DNA of 64,000 nucleotides. Origin: Octopus vulgaris (taxonomy: Eukaryota). The DNA lies in the NCBI GenBank assembly GCA_951406725.2, contig OX597830.1:39060001-39124000 (forward strand). The letters are read 5' to 3'. This document shows positions 14,559 through 28,710 of this stretch, one piece after another (the first letter of the stretch is position 1; every line of letters begins with the position of its first letter). Both the position numbers and the translations under genes were made by a program. The notes under the pieces were generated by a model that was not told the origin of the DNA, did no database searches, and saw only the letters and a program-made list of their open reading frames with translations.

Positions 14559-14977
14559 GGATCTTTTCGGTTTGAACGGCAGATTTTTTCTAGCGGTATC
14601 ATATGAAATTGTCACCCATAATTATGACCCTAGTATTGATCTATTCTATTTCAATATGTTTTAGAGTTAGGGTTAGGGGTGGGGGGAAGGGTATCTTTTT
14701 TCTTCGGAAATGTAAATAAACCCAATCTGTTTCTTAAACGAGTGACATATTCACACGGCACAGAATGTTTTCACCTCAAATAGACGTCATTGATTGGTTG
14801 AAATTGCAGAAATTGAAGAAAAAAAACAACAAATATCTTACAAACTATAGAATTTTCTCAATAAAGCCAAGAGAAAAAGATGTTTTATAAACACATTTTA
14901 CCAGTATACGAAGTTTAAAAGTGTTTAGTTACGTGGAAATTATTTTTAAAAAACTGCCGTTCAAACCGAAGAGATCC
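14559..14977. mobile_element. MITE with GG-starting TIRs and an 8-bp TSD
   Basis: TIR GGATCTTTTCGGTTTGAACGGCAG / CTGCCGTTCAAACCGAAGAGATCC. Flanks are ACTATACC (14551-58) and ACTATAGC (14978-85). Confidence 0.9.
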
Positions 14978-17413
14978 ACTATAGCTCCCACCTCACTACG
15001 GGGGTCGTCTTAGCCTGTTGAGACCTGAAACACGGAGAGCTTGCAATGGTAATAAGCACAAATATTGCCTTCTGAAAAAATTAAAGTATTCTTTTGTTTC
15101 TTTGGACTCATCTATACTTTTATCTTAATATATTTTCGTGAAGTAAATGGAAGTGAAAGATATGCATGCAATATATAAACTTTAAAGTGAACTTTGAACG
15201 CACACGTAATCAGAAAGAAGCAGCCATCGATGATTTGTTACAATAGAATACAGGTATTTATAAATTCATACGGAATTTGAAAGACTCCTGTATCAGAAAT
15301 CATTCATTTAGCATTTAAAACTTTTTTGCATTCAATTAATTAGAATAACAATTACGTGAGATCTATTCGTTAATGATCATCTACTAGATGTTAGGTATAC
15401 TCCGCAAATATCCATCATTTTCTTATATTTCAGTTCTTTTGAATTATGATACTTAATATATTCTCCACAAATAGAATTTCCATTTAGAAATTGAAAGTGA
15501 AGCCATTTTAATAAGTATTTAATTATATATGATTAATTTATATACATTGGATTTAATTATGAATTCGCGTAAGAATTGTGTGTAAATACAATCTAAGACA
15601 GACTATGATCCAATATTCAAAATTATATTTTCTCTTCTAATTATATGAATAGCATATTTAATACCATTGTGAGTTTGAATCTCATCAGGATTATCTTTGC
15701 AATTATATGATTTCAAGAATTCTAAAATAAGTATCAGTCTATTATTGGTGTCATACAATCGAGTATACCTCTCTCTCATGTAATACCTGATCGTGCGTCA
15801 AGTTTAAAGTCACCAATATTATTGAGAGTGGTAGAATACCAGAAATAAGCATACAAGCCTGGCCTTTTAGAATAATTTATTAGTATCCTTCCATCAAAAT
15901 TAGAAGCCATACAATTGGTTGTGTATGCAAAGTTTACTTCTCTTACTATGCCTTAGTAATAAACGCTTCGATTAGTGCAGATTTTATCAGCGAAAGCTAA
16001 ACAGAGAGTCTTGGCGAATATATATGTATTTTCAGTCTAAAATCGTTTTAAATAGACAGGACGGAAATATGTATGGCTGTAACTTTTCGCGAACTTTCCA
16101 CCTTTGGGTTTGCCAAACGTATCATATGTATACGTAATGGGTTAGAGAAGTTATATATATATCGCTCATAATATAGTGCATAGATTTATATGCATGTTGG
16201 TATACGCCTGTCTATATCCCGTGACATGGCCTAATATTGTATTCTGCTATGGAAGCAAATATACACAAGACGTAAGGATCAGTTTATATATTAGAATAAA
16301 TATGAAACTTTATTCATATGAGACAAGTAACAAATATAAAAGCGATATTTTGAAACACTCTACTTGTTATGTTTCCGCCTCCTTTTCAATGATATAAGTC
16401 AATTCAGTATCTCGTATGTATATGTTTCAGTTATCTGTACTCCTGGCAATTCTTTACATCGAACAGAATATTCATAATCATACACATATATCTTGTAACA
16501 AGTAGTTATTTGAAGTAAGAAAATATTAATTTACGAAATAGATTTCTATTGTTTTTGTAATAATTTCTCAAAAGATTGTAAGTGCATAATTATCGCATTT
16601 ACAAATAAGTCTCTATATAAAGATGCATAAATAAAGATTTTATATACGATCACTTCTTTTGTAGGAGGTAAGGTGCAGTAGACTTGACCTTTCAAAGAAG
16701 ATTTGTGAGATTGCTGCAGGTGTTCAGCTTGAATATATTCATGTTTGATGATAACAGGAAGAACGGCGTCACGAAGGCATCCCATAGGTTTTCTCCAAGA
16801 AGAAAAGATAAAACAATTTTTTCTTATGATTGAGGTTAATTAGATGTGGTGCACTGAGACAAACTAACAGTTTGATTAAGGTTGTGAGTGACACTTTAAA
16901 TACGACGTTATAAAAATTAGTTGTATTTGAATAAATGTTGATTCACATGTAACAGTATTTTAAGCTTAAATTTGAAATGAATATCTAAAAATAAAAAAAA
17001 AAGATTAGAATTCAAAAGATTACTATTCGGAATCTAGATGGAGTATTATGTTATTAAAGTAGATAAAATTGATGTCATTCCTTCTATGTGATTATTATTC
17101 TTATTCTACTTCGTTTTTGGTTTGCAAGATTCTTTTATGTGAATTCCTGTGATGAAACTAATTTTGTCGTCCCTTGGGAGAGACATTCGCCAATAATAAC
17201 CACACATGCACCGGTTCAATGCCACTCCTTTCAATTCCATGAATCTATATCTAACTAATTAATCTATCGTTTGTTTAACTTGTAAAACACTCAATCGTTA
17301 TTTGGGGGTTTGGGGTTTTTCTTCAAATTTCTTTACCATCATTCGCAAACTTTTCAATGACTATCTTTCCCACTTCGCTACGGAGGCCATTTCTTCCGAC
17401 CTGACACTTTGCT

Positions 17414-17650
17414 TGTGTGTGTTTGTGTGTGTATGTGTGTGTGTGTGTGTGTGTCTGTGTGTGTGCGCGCGTGAGTGTGTGAGTGTGTGTGCGTGTGTGT
17501 GCTTTTGCACGCATACGTATGTGTATGTGCATTTGTGTGTGTATGTGCATTTGTGTGTGTGTCTGTCTGTCAGTCTATGTGTTTGTATGTGTGTGTTTGT
17601 GTGTGTGTGTATGTAAGTGTGTGTGTTTGTAAGTGCGCGTGTGTGTGTTT
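17414..17650. repeat. Degenerate (GT)n microsatellite
   Basis: Directly visible. Confidence 0.9.
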
Positions 17651-17717
17651 GTAGTTTAGGAGAAGTAGAGTAGAGTAGAAAGTCAAATATTGGTCAAATG
17701 ATTATCCCAAGAAAAAA

Positions 17718-18010
17718 CGTTCTGAATTCAAATTCCGCCGAGGTCGACGTTGTCTTTCATGCTTTCGGGGTCAATGAAGAAAATAAAAACTATGCACACT
17801 CGCTTCTACGTTATCGACAAGCCTCTCTCCAAAATTTCAGACTTTGTGCCTATAGTAGAAAGGATTATTAACGTGGTGAGGTGGCAGAAACGTTAGCACG
17901 TCGGACAAAAACTTAAAGCATTTCTTCCAACACTTGATTTTCTGATATCAAATTCCGCTGACATCAATTTTACATGTGAGGGTCGGTAAATAAGTATTAG
18001 TTTAACACTA
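17718..18010 (+). mobile_element. Two adjacent partial family 'M' SINEs
   Basis: CGTTCTGAATTCAAATTCCGCCGAGGTCGAC... and tail, followed by a second head GGTGAGGTGGCAGAAACGTTAGCAC. Confidence 0.7.
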
Positions 18011-18202
18011 GGTAACTGTAGCCATTATATCAGTACCAGAGTATTCTTCTTTAACGAGTATGCTACAAGTTATTCTAATTTCTGATCACATGCTAAGCAT
18101 GATAATAATAGAATTAAACAAGAATCGAACTTATGCCACGAGCTTATATCCTTAAATCATATACGCAGTCTATTACAATTAGCCTTCATTTTTTTAGATG
18201 TA

Positions 18203-19351
18203 TTAGGATGGCAACTAAGTTCCCGTTGTTGTTTTAAATTAAATTTTTTTAAAAGGTTTAATAAAAAATATCAATTAATTAATCAATAATGTATTCACCC
18301 TTGTTGTTTACAACTTCTTCCCACGTTCAACAAGATTTTCAAGATTTTGTTGGTAGAAATCACCCGATTTCGACTCGAAAAATTGATCCAACCAAGATCT
18401 CAATTCTGCATCGGTATTGAACGAAACTCTGCGCATAGCAGAGACCGAAAGAGGTGGAAATCCATTGGTGCCAAATCAGGAGAGTACGGTGGGTGTGGCA
18501 GCACTTCTCAGTTTGAATGGCTTCCTTGGTCATATTGGCGATATGGGAGCGGGCGTTGTCGTGCAGCAGAAGAACTCCATGTTGCCGATTTTTCTCTTGA
18601 ATAGTCGTGTTGAGTCATTCCATCTGTTGAATACACACAACATCGTTTTTCGTGGATGAAGATCTTGTTTCACGCGCGGTATTACTTGTTTACCGAGACT
18701 AAGCCATTCCTTACGCTGCTTCATATTGATATACAGACACCATTTTTCGTCACCAGTAACGATTAGGTAAAGAAAGCATTGCTTATGTCCATGAGTTAGC
18801 GGTGACAAGCAAGGAAACCAGCGAGAGATTGTGCCTTGTTGATTTTTGTTGTTGTCACTTAAAGCATGCGGAACTTATGCTCCATACTTCTGAACCTTTC
18901 CCATCAAGTGAAAATGCTTCTCTATAACAGTTTGACGAGAATTGTTGTGCAAAAGTTGGTGTAATCGTTCTTCATCGAACTCAGCTGGACGGCCAGAACG
19001 AGGTGCGTCTTTGAGGTCGAAATTTTCATTTTTGAACTTGGCATACCAATCGTGAGCGGTTCTTTCAGGCAATGGCACCTCTCTCCATACACAGCACAAA
19101 TGCCGCGAGCAGCTTTTGCGGCATTAGAACCTTGATTAAATGCAAAAAGGAGGTGTCGAAAATGCTCGTTCTTCTTAACTTGACATTCCATTTTAATGAT
19201 CTGAAAAAAAAAATTAACTAGAAAAAAAAAATAGATTCCAAAATGATTCAAAAATAGAATTCTCGAAAAAAAAGTACATTTCAAAATTTAAAAACGCAAT
19301 AGATTCCAAAATTTAAAAAAAAAAACAGAGGAAACATAGTTGCCAACCCAA
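18203..19351 (-). mobile_element. Mariner (DD34D type, mellifera-subfamily-like) transposon, internally deleted
   Basis: TIRs TTAGGATGGCAACTAAGTT / AACATAGTTGCCAACCCAA with TA on both flanks; transposase remnants inside. Confidence 0.92.
18279..19191 (-). pseudogene. Mariner transposase pseudogene
   Basis: MECQVKKNEHFRHLL..., PRSGRP, *VPHAL, IVTGDEKW, LLHDNAR, PPYSPDLAPMDFHLF and GEYIID* recovered across frameshifts. Confidence 0.92.
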
Positions 19352-20669
19352 TATATTGCGTACTAGAGTAAAGATTACCTGCCTCTCACCGATTCATTGT
19401 GGAGCAGTATTGATTTCTTAAACAGAATCAGTATATTAAAATTAGAGGTTTGGGAAAAGAGCGTGTGGTATTTTTTAAATCTACCTCAAGCCTGTTCGCA
19501 GCAGAAGTGAACTGGATTGCTTACATTCAAGAATCAAACCTAGCATCTAGAATATACACGCCATATTGCTTACCTCTATTCTATAGAAATCTCTATTGTT
19601 CTATTATCTACCAGACAATAAACCGTTGATATCAATGAATACAATACATCAGAATATTTTATAGACTTTTGGCTTTTCTTGCTTTTGTTTATATGGAAAT
19701 AATTCTGCTTTTTAAGGTAAATTTAAGAGTAGATTTTTTTATATTCTGCAGAAGCATACTGCTTCAGTGAACATTTATCTGATTGTTATTTAACAGCATG
19801 AAATAACAAAGTTGTATAAAATTTCTTCTCAATAACTTTTTTTGCCTCTTAACTTGATATTGGCTCTCATATTTGCAGAATAAGTAATCTTTTTTTTTCT
19901 ATTCTTTTTCCGTGTCTGTTGAGTTTAACAAATAACAAATCTGTCAGTAATATATATTACGCATGGCATCTTTATCGTTTGTGAAACAAATATAACTTTA
20001 ATAATCGACTGACAACCGCATAATATGCTATCAATACATAGAGTTCTGCTTGCCTGATATTTATCATTTTGACTCGTTTAGAGCATAATAGAATTGAATA
20101 ACATGTAAGCATACATTTTCTCTCTTTATATCATAGAAATAAAAACCGACACACTGTGGAAAACATATTATTCATACTTATATAATTGGCGGTAAGCATC
20201 GTAGTACAAGAGGTTAAGATTTGTTATTTTTTTTACTTCATTTCATTTTTTGTAGTGCGCACAATGATCATATTTTATGTATGTGCAAACGTTTACAAGG
20301 GAAATACATATACATCAGAAAATCTTATTCTCTATAAGGTAAGTAAAGGAAGACGGAGTTATGCATAAAATCGCAAACCCGCATCCCTATATTCTTATCA
20401 GAATCGACTTAACGCTAACACAATAAGTCATGTTCCGGGCATCGAACAATTGTTACCACATGTTAACAGAAATAAAATCTACGCATTAACAGAAATATGT
20501 AATTCATATTTATGCCATTGTTGACAGACATCTTAGTAAAAGATAAGCTAACTTTGTTTGCTTGATCTCGTTTTTAATCATATCTGAAATGTGTAGAGTG
20601 TTTGTATAGCTTTTAAAAAACGGTCCGCAGTCAGTCGACGCATAAGCTGGAGTATTGCCACAAAAGCTA

Positions 20670-21048
20670 AGCATAGTAGAGTGATTAAGAAGCCCGCTTT
20701 CCAATCACGTAATTTAAAGTTCAATTCCACAGCACCTTGGGCAGCCATTTTCTGTTATAGCCCCGGGCCGACTAAAACCTTGTCAGTGAATTTGGTAAAT
20801 GTAAACTGTGTGAAAGCCTGTCGTACGTATGTATTTGTGTGTGTGTGTCTTTGTGTTTGTGGTCCCACAGCTTCACAACTCGTGTCGGTTTGTCCATATC
20901 CGCGTAACACAGCGGTCCGGTAATTAAGACAGTAAGAGTAAGTGTGAAACTGAAACAGAATAAGCATCGAAGTCACTTTGTTCGACTAAACTTTTCAAGG
21001 CGGTACCCCAGCACGGTCACAGTCGAATAAGTGAAACAAGTAAAACAA
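20670..21048 (+). mobile_element. Family 'C' CORE-SINE (diverged)
   Basis: GCACCTTGGGCAG core, internal (GT)n and tail GGCGGTACCCCAGCACGGTCACAGTC...GAAACAAGTAAA. Confidence 0.8.
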
Positions 21049-21789
21049 GATATAATAAACAAGGCAGCAGATCCAACATCTTTTTAACAGGGAACTTAAA
21101 TACACTGAACTTAACCACTGAATATACTTGGCTAAAAGGAAGAAATATCCACATAAGTTCACATAAAGCAATTTAAACTACAAAGCGTCAAGTATATTTC
21201 TCCAACTGAACTACTAACCCATCCCGGCTAACTTGGATCGTTTCCCAATCCACATCCATTTCCCCATCCCTACCGCCACCAAACCACCATCCATCTCAAG
21301 ACATGCAAACACAAGAACAAAACATATACACATATACACATACCAATCTAACATCTATAACAATTCATGCACAAAACTATTTACGAGCTAGTTCCTACTT
21401 ATTACTGATATGCTACAACAGTTGACTTCCAGACAACTTTAAGAGACAAACTACACAATAAATCCCGACATAAACCGACCATTATTGTCGTAACTTACTT
21501 TAGCTCATAAAGCTAGACTCACAGTACCCATGTTTTATGCATTAATTTCGATTACACATATAAGGTGACATAAAATTAGCATGTCGCAATTTTACAGCCA
21601 TTTAAATTACTGCATTTACCAAGCTAGCCCGATGGAAGACGCGACGTGTTCGACTACACATAGTTTTACATGTAATTTACATGTAAAATATAGTTTTCAT
21701 TTATGACAATAAATGAAAACTATAAATTACATAATGTATTATATATTGTAATTTATATTATGCAAACTTGTTTGAGTTCTATATAACAA

Positions 21790-22460
21790 AAGCTGAGTGC
21801 AAACTGTTATTTGCTAGATGGGTTGTGTGAATTTGCATATTCGCAACCACAAGGATATATCATTTCACACTTTTGGGACCTTGCATACATGCATTCTCGA
21901 GTATACCTATGGATAGAAATGTTTAATGTAGTGCAGACATACATATTATATATGCAGTGCATGGTTCGGGTTTCACAACCTCAGAGTAAGGTGGGAACAA
22001 CTACGTTTTGATATACCACAAGTTTGGTAGATTTCGGTTCTTGTTTCCCGAGATTCAATGAAAAACATTTTCAAAAGCGACATGCACAGCTCGGAATCTG
22101 TTCGCAACGTCTTTCATTAAATATGAGAGTTGGTCTTCCTGTACTATTGGTCTGTGTAGACAGTAATCTTGAAATCTGGAAAGATTGAGTGAAGAGAAGG
22201 TCCTTCAATTATTATTTTTTTTTTTTTACATTTTGATTGTCAGATTAAAGCGATCATATGCAGTTTTGACACCGTTGAAAGACACATGCATTTCTTCTGA
22301 TGTATGAGCTGTTGAGGCACTGATGATGGTAGAACATTTCAGCGATATGCGTCCTGTTGATCAGTATAGTAGTCAAAGCCTGGATTATGGAGTCCGTCAT
22401 GAAGCGGTAGTTCATCCCTACACGAAGGTTGTGGAGCGATGCTACAAGGTACTGGGAGAA
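21790..22460 (-). mobile_element. Old RTE (BovB-like) LINE RT fragment
   Basis: Reverse translation gives AHTSEEMH...YDRFNLTI and TKLVVYQNVVVPTLL*GCET, matching the RTE motif TKxxVYxxxVxxxLLYGCETW. Confidence 0.7.
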
Positions 22461-22943
22461 AAAGCTTATTATCCATTAGACAAAAGATTATTCGATTTAA
22501 TATACGCAGTTTTTAATTCAATTTAATATACGCAGTTTTTTACAGTACAAAAACTGACTTTGTTCTCGTTCCCAAGTAAACATATGGAATGTTAAGCTGC
22601 TTTGACTGGATATTGAAACAATGTTGCTGCTTTTGTTGGCCTAGATGTTCGATCTCGCTCTACTACATTAATAGTAAAAGATATAACATAAAGAGTAAAG
22701 AAAAACTCAAACGAGAAAATATATTTTAGTGACCTAAAAGGGAAAATTGTCGTACAACGAATATGATCAAATAAAAAATAATCAATGAGAAACTAATCAT
22801 AACTTAATGATATCGTTGATTGGATCATTATAAATCAATGCTCGTTAAAGCGAGTAAAATAGGGCAAGATAAATGCACAAAATTGTACTTTTAATTACAC
22901 CACACAGACAACACACACACATGCATTATATACACACACACAC

Positions 22944-22986
<43 letters not shown>

Positions 22987-23164
22987 TGAAGAACATGTTA
23001 TACAGAAGAGGAAGAGAAGTGCAGTTGTAATATGTATATGTTTCTCATTAGATCTAAAACTGACATGAATTCGATCCAAAGTCCTATAATGCGTCTGTAA
23101 ATTCATTAAAGATAGTAATTTCGTAAATTTTAATTTAGGTACAAAGTAAACAAAGATATTGGGT

Positions 23165-23362
23165 TCAAAGTTTGGCACAGAATCTGTAATTTCGGGTGTA
23201 AGGGTACATCGATTACATGACTAGGTAGCTCAACTGGTACTTATTTTATTGATTTTGATATGAGGAATGAAAAATTCGAACCCAGCAAAATATTAACTCA
23301 GAACACATAAAAACGAAAACCTTTTTTCCGTCGTGCTTACGATTCTAACAGTTCACCGCCTT
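23165..23362 (-). mobile_element. Family 'M' SINE (diverged)
   Basis: Reverse strand GGCGGTGAACTGTTAGAATCGTAAGCACG...TTCTGAGTT. Confidence 0.75.
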
Positions 23363-24814
23363 AAAGTAAACGAAGATATTGAAAGAAAATTAATACAAAG
23401 CCATGACGTTGAGGATTCTTTTTTTAGCATAAATATGATGCAAGGAAGCTCCATTAAGGAGGAAAATTTACATCCAGCCAGTGAATGAGCTTCTACACTG
23501 TTATTTGATCTATACCAAATAGCAGCTACATATCTTTAAATTATATGTTGATGCTTTAAAACAAAAAAAAAAAAAAAACAGATTTGGTAATGTTAGTACT
23601 TACATATAAATTAACAGAATGGTTACTGCTACAACTCTTTAGGTCATAGGTCTGCTTAATGACAGTTGATCTGCGATCAGCTGAGACGCAAAGTAATATC
23701 TCAGAGAATGAGCGAACACATTAAAGACATTGGCGTACTTTTGATTCCGGTTGACCCAACTTCATTTGGTTATATTGAAGTGGTTTGTGTATCTACCTGT
23801 TAGCTTTCATAGGGGAAATATATGGCCGATGTGTACTAGACTGAACATCAACGTATAATCCACAGATGCATACACCAGTTATAAATCCCAGTAAACAGAC
23901 TAGTGATATTGCTGCTATTTTTTCTATGAATAGGTTTTCGTATTTACCGGATTTGTGCAAAAGCTCTAGTAGCTATAAGATATTTTTTTATAGATTGTTT
24001 TGGATTGCTTTTGATGCTTACTTGTCGTGGGTGTGTGATCCGAGTATAATGTAGAATGTAGTGGTAGTGATGTAAATGTTAGACCTTTCTTCCTTAATGA
24101 CAATCCTCCTCCACACACACACACACACATGTATAAGGAAACCTTCAATTTTAGCATTTTGCTTACTCTACTAATATCCTTGAAGTAGGCATAAATAAAA
24201 TGTAATCCAATTCTCCCACACTAAAATATAAAGAAATCTTATGCATAAGAAGAACAAGTATACAGGATTATTCCCGATATTATAAACACTGTTTAATTAT
24301 CATATTATATTATATACGAAAAATGATATTTTCTGGGATTACTATAGATAAACAAAAGAAAAATACTCCAATATCATATTTTGTTTGACAATGATTACTT
24401 CCTCCATTTCATTTTCTGTAGCTTAGAAACGAAAATAATGAAGCCATAAAATACTAGCATTTCTTTGACGTTATTATCCGAAAGACGTCAGAAAAATATG
24501 CCTCGAAGCCAACAGCCATATTTCAACTAATGAATATATATATTTTATTGTGAAAGTCTCAATTATCTAACATTCAAAGCTTGGAAGCAGTTTACAATTC
24601 TAACTCAGAACAATGTATTGAAACTTGGATGTAGATTACGGCACGTTTCCCACCCACTATTAGACGCAGACCGTAAAAGCAAGAGTAAAGTGAGCAAATG
24701 CTGGTTTTCGATTCGTGACTAGAGCAATTTCACTGTATTTAGGTCGTGAATAGATTTAACTCAATTATCACTGTCAAAATAGGTTTCTGTTCAATATAGG
24801 ATTCAAATCTAAAG

Positions 24815-25275
24815 CAGCGAGTTGGCAAATTCGTTAGCATGCCGGACAAAATGTTTCGTGGTATATTGTCCGTCATATAAGGCGGTGAGCTGGCAGAATT
24901 TTTACTGCGCCGGGCGAAATGCTTAGTTCATTTCGTCTGCTGCTACGTTCTGAGTTCAAATTCCGCCGAGGTCGACTTTGCCTTTCATCCTTTCGGAGTC
25001 GATTAAATAAGTAGCAGTTACGCACTGGGGTCGATATAATCGACTTAATCCGTTTGTCCGTCCTTGTTTGTCCCCTCTGTGTTTAGCCCCTTGTGGGTAG
25101 TAAAGAAATAGGTATATTGTCCGTTTTTATGTTCTGAGTTCAAATTCTGCCGCTGTCGACTTTGCTTTTCATCCTACCGTGATCTATGAAATAAGTACCA
25201 GTTGACTATTGGGATTAAGTGTAATCAGCTTAACCTTCCCCAGTAATTAGTGGCCTTGTTTGAAAATTTGAAACC
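24815..25275 (+). mobile_element. Family 'M' SINE with a younger 'M' SINE nested in it (24874-25110)
   Basis: 14-bp TSD GGTATATTGTCCGT at 24860-24873 and 25111-25124; the host SINE resumes after the TSD. Confidence 0.9.
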
Positions 25276-25479
25276 ATTATATAACGCGAATTGCAACAGT
25301 GGTTTAATCCAAATGCATGACTTCCGTGTTTCCTGGATTTACAAATCTCTCTCAAATCAAAACCGTCCTCAAAAATAGCTTGAATAATCATTCCAAAAAT
25401 TCAATAAAAAAATTGATAATCATTCAAAAAAAAAATTATAGCACGGTCATAACTGGAATTTCTCTAATCATAGGTTTGA

Positions 25480-25733
25480 CGGAACTACGCACAGCTGATC
25501 GAAAAATGCACTCTCAAAATCCTCCAAAAAGAATAGAAGTAGCAGAAGTGGAAGAGATTGAAAAATGTCTGCATGAAATAAAAGGAAGAACTACCTTCTA
25601 CAATAGAGATAGAAAATACGCTACGGTAGACGTTCGTTTCGAAAATGAAGATGAAGCGAAAAGGAACGCAACGACAGAGTTGAGATCAGAAAAATGGATA
25701 TTACTCCATAGTTATTGCGGTGGAGCTTGGTAA
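25480..25733 (+). pseudogene. Fragment of L1/Tx1-type ORF1 (RRM-like region), paralog of the 29588 ORF
   Basis: RKYATVDVRFENEDEAKRNATTELRSEKWILLHSYCG aligns with VKQATVWLLFDNG*KARQFASQPLEGKEILFLPSYCR of the 29.6-kb element. Confidence 0.7.
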
Positions 25734-26557
25734 AGGAGTTTGAAATAATGGAAGGGATACTTCAATAAAACTTGTCCTCGAAATGTGAAGGGTTTAACTA
25801 CTAACACCCAATTACATTAATATGCACGTAACCACTAGCGTCGAATTTGTATTCTAGGTTCATGAGAATAAGTATAATACATAAAATGTAGTGGATTAAT
25901 TTAACCACAGTGGTAATAGTAGCCAATTAATAGCTTCTACGTAACTGGTTCACATTCTAGAAATAGCTGTGAAATCTGCAAATCAATATCTACCGTTTCA
26001 TTGAAAGGCAGGATAAATTAAAGAATGTCATCGTGGATATCAAAAGTTTGAATCCAAGACTGTGTGATTCATGTCTAGAGCCACATAGACCTTCTATATA
26101 CTTGAGAAGACCCGAACTGGGAAATACAAGGCAACAGTAATATTGGCATCGAGTCAAAATAAGCATTGGCTCATATTAATCCCGTCTGGTGATTGTTGAG
26201 AATTGCACTTCATTCTTCTTGATGCGATAATTATAAGTACTATACATATCATGCAGTCGATTTCATTGTCGATATCGATTCCCCAAACGGAATGACTTTC
26301 GTTTTCGGCAGAAATCAAATTTTACGTAGATATCATTACAAGTAGACTGCAATGGAGGAGGTTTTTATTGCACACAGAACTGTATGGTTGAGACGAGATA
26401 AATTCTAATAACGTATCATTCATACCTTTTCCAAATACTTGTTTTGTATAATTTTGATAGGTAACAAGTGCGAATCACATCTGTGCATCACAATCAATCG
26501 ATTATCTCAGAGAAGTGTTTATATGCAGACCTCATCTCATTTTATATATTACAATGC

Positions 26558-26765
26558 TTTCTACTATAGGCACAAGGCCAGAAATTTTGGACGGGATACG
26601 TTGATTTCAACGGCCCCAGTGCTCAATTCATATTTAATTTATCGATCTCAATAAGATAAATGGTAAAGTTTACGTCAGTGGATTTTTAACTACGAACATA
26701 AGAAACAGAAATAAATACCGTTATGCCTTTTGTCCGGCATGTCTACGATTGTCAGCTCGTCCTCT
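26558..26765 (-). mobile_element. Family 'M' SINE (diverged)
   Basis: Tail TTCTACTATAGGCACAAGGCCAGAAATTTT and head remnant CAGCTCGTCC. Confidence 0.7.
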
Positions 26766-28710
26766 TGATTCTCAATGTAATAATAATGTCTTATTAAAAC
26801 TATGGATTGGGAAACGGCTGTTAGTATCTAGGTTTTTACATGTTTCTGAAACGGTGAGAGAACTGAAGTTACCTCAGCCGAGAACAGAATTTGGATTGTG
26901 ATCATGGCTTATTAATCAATTTCATCCTTTTGTGCTACAAATCTTATATTATTCTGCATTCCTTATTTGACCATGTCGATGGCATTATGCATATATTTAC
27001 TGTTATTTACTTCTAATGTAAGAAAAAAGACTTTACATATGAGGAGGTGAGAAACGTTGATTTAATTTATATTACCAAATTAATTGTGTTTAGTTATCTA
27101 GGCAATCACGAAAGGTCAATTTTACCTTTCCTTAGAGTATCAAAACTATAATCCATTTTCTCTTGCATTCTAAGAGGTGACGTTCGAGGGTTAATAAAAT
27201 TAGAACATTTTATAAAGCGTGATGGATTCCTCAAGCAAATAGCTACCTGCTTAAATAGGCAAGCTAAACTTGGTAGGTACCGGTTTTCCGCGACCGAGGA
27301 ATGAAAATTAAGAAGTCCATCTCGATAGGTTTTGAACTCAGAATATAACTGTTTCAAGCAAAACACCGTTAGAAGTTCCGCTCAACTACCAAGCTTAAGC
27401 AATGCATTTTCTATTATTTTGCTAATATGTTATATTATGCATTCTTCTGTGCAGAATAATTAAATAGGCAATTGTTGCTCCACAATAGATATTTTGAAAG
27501 ATATTTTTGTATGGAAATTAAATATTTGTTTATTCAACAGATCTAAACTTAATGTACTGGAAGAGTGAATTAAATGTCTGATTTCAACCAAAATGTGCTT
27601 ACGACCATTAAGAAACTAAACATCATAAAGTCGATATTTAGCAAATTGATAGAGTATATTATTATGTGGAAAAGCAAAAGAAAATTATATAAAAATATTT
27701 AAAGAATAGCATTAATTCTAAGAAATTCCAATGACAATTAAGTTTTAGCATTCACTAAAATACACTTATTGTCTCTATAATTTGTACTAAGAAAATGAAG
27801 GTTTTTATTAAATCTCTAATAAACTATGCCAATAAATGTTTGAAAGACTAATGGAGGATTTAAATAAGAATACATATTTATCTTGTTAAAAGTAACTTTT
27901 TATACAAACTCAACTTATATAAGCTGCAATCATGAATTTCGAGCTAGTGAGATAGGTCTCTGGAGCGGTTAAATCTACAAAAATAGCAGCTAAAAATCCA
28001 TCCACTCACAGTTCTCCGATTTATAAAATAGAGATCCTGGCGTAGAAAAAGCCGAATAACCTATGTGCCAGAGATAATGCATTTTCTAACTACCTCTAGA
28101 TACGTGGGGATTTGCTGCAAATTCAGAGGAACAAAGGAATTAAGGAGGGGGAGAATAGAGATCGAGAGAGTCTGTAGACGGAATAATCAGGGAGTGGCGA
28201 GAAAAAGGGAGAGACAGGGACAAAGTGAAGTGAAAAGAAAGAAAGGCAAAGTAATGTGAAAGAGGGGGGAGAGAGAGTGTTGTAGAATTCGTACAAAGTT
28301 TTGTGAAATGTGTACTTACATATAAGAGAACAAAGTGTACGTACGCCTCTCTCTCTATATATATAAAATAATACAAAATAGGGCAAGAACGCAAAACATC
28401 CATAAGACGATATAAAAAAAAACCCGGGCGGATTATTCGAAGCCTTTAATCTTCAATAACTATCTGGAATTTATTGATTGAGATGTTCTGAAAACAAAGG
28501 TCTTCTAAATATTTAGGATGCGTCAGTGTTTTTGTGTGGAATTCTGGGTATAACTGTATTCTGTTTTTGAAATAAACGCTTTCGAAATAAACGCAACTAA
28601 ATTTCACAAGGGAAAATTTTGTGATATTAAGTTCAAATCTTACTGATGTCAAAGTCGCTCTTCATCAGTATGGGCTCTAAAAGAAAAATACGAGTTAAGT
28701 AATTCTTTTA

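Noticed and set aside
21060-21720. Possible further decayed Penelope 3' end
   Set aside because: Only compositional resemblance; no clean motif recovered.
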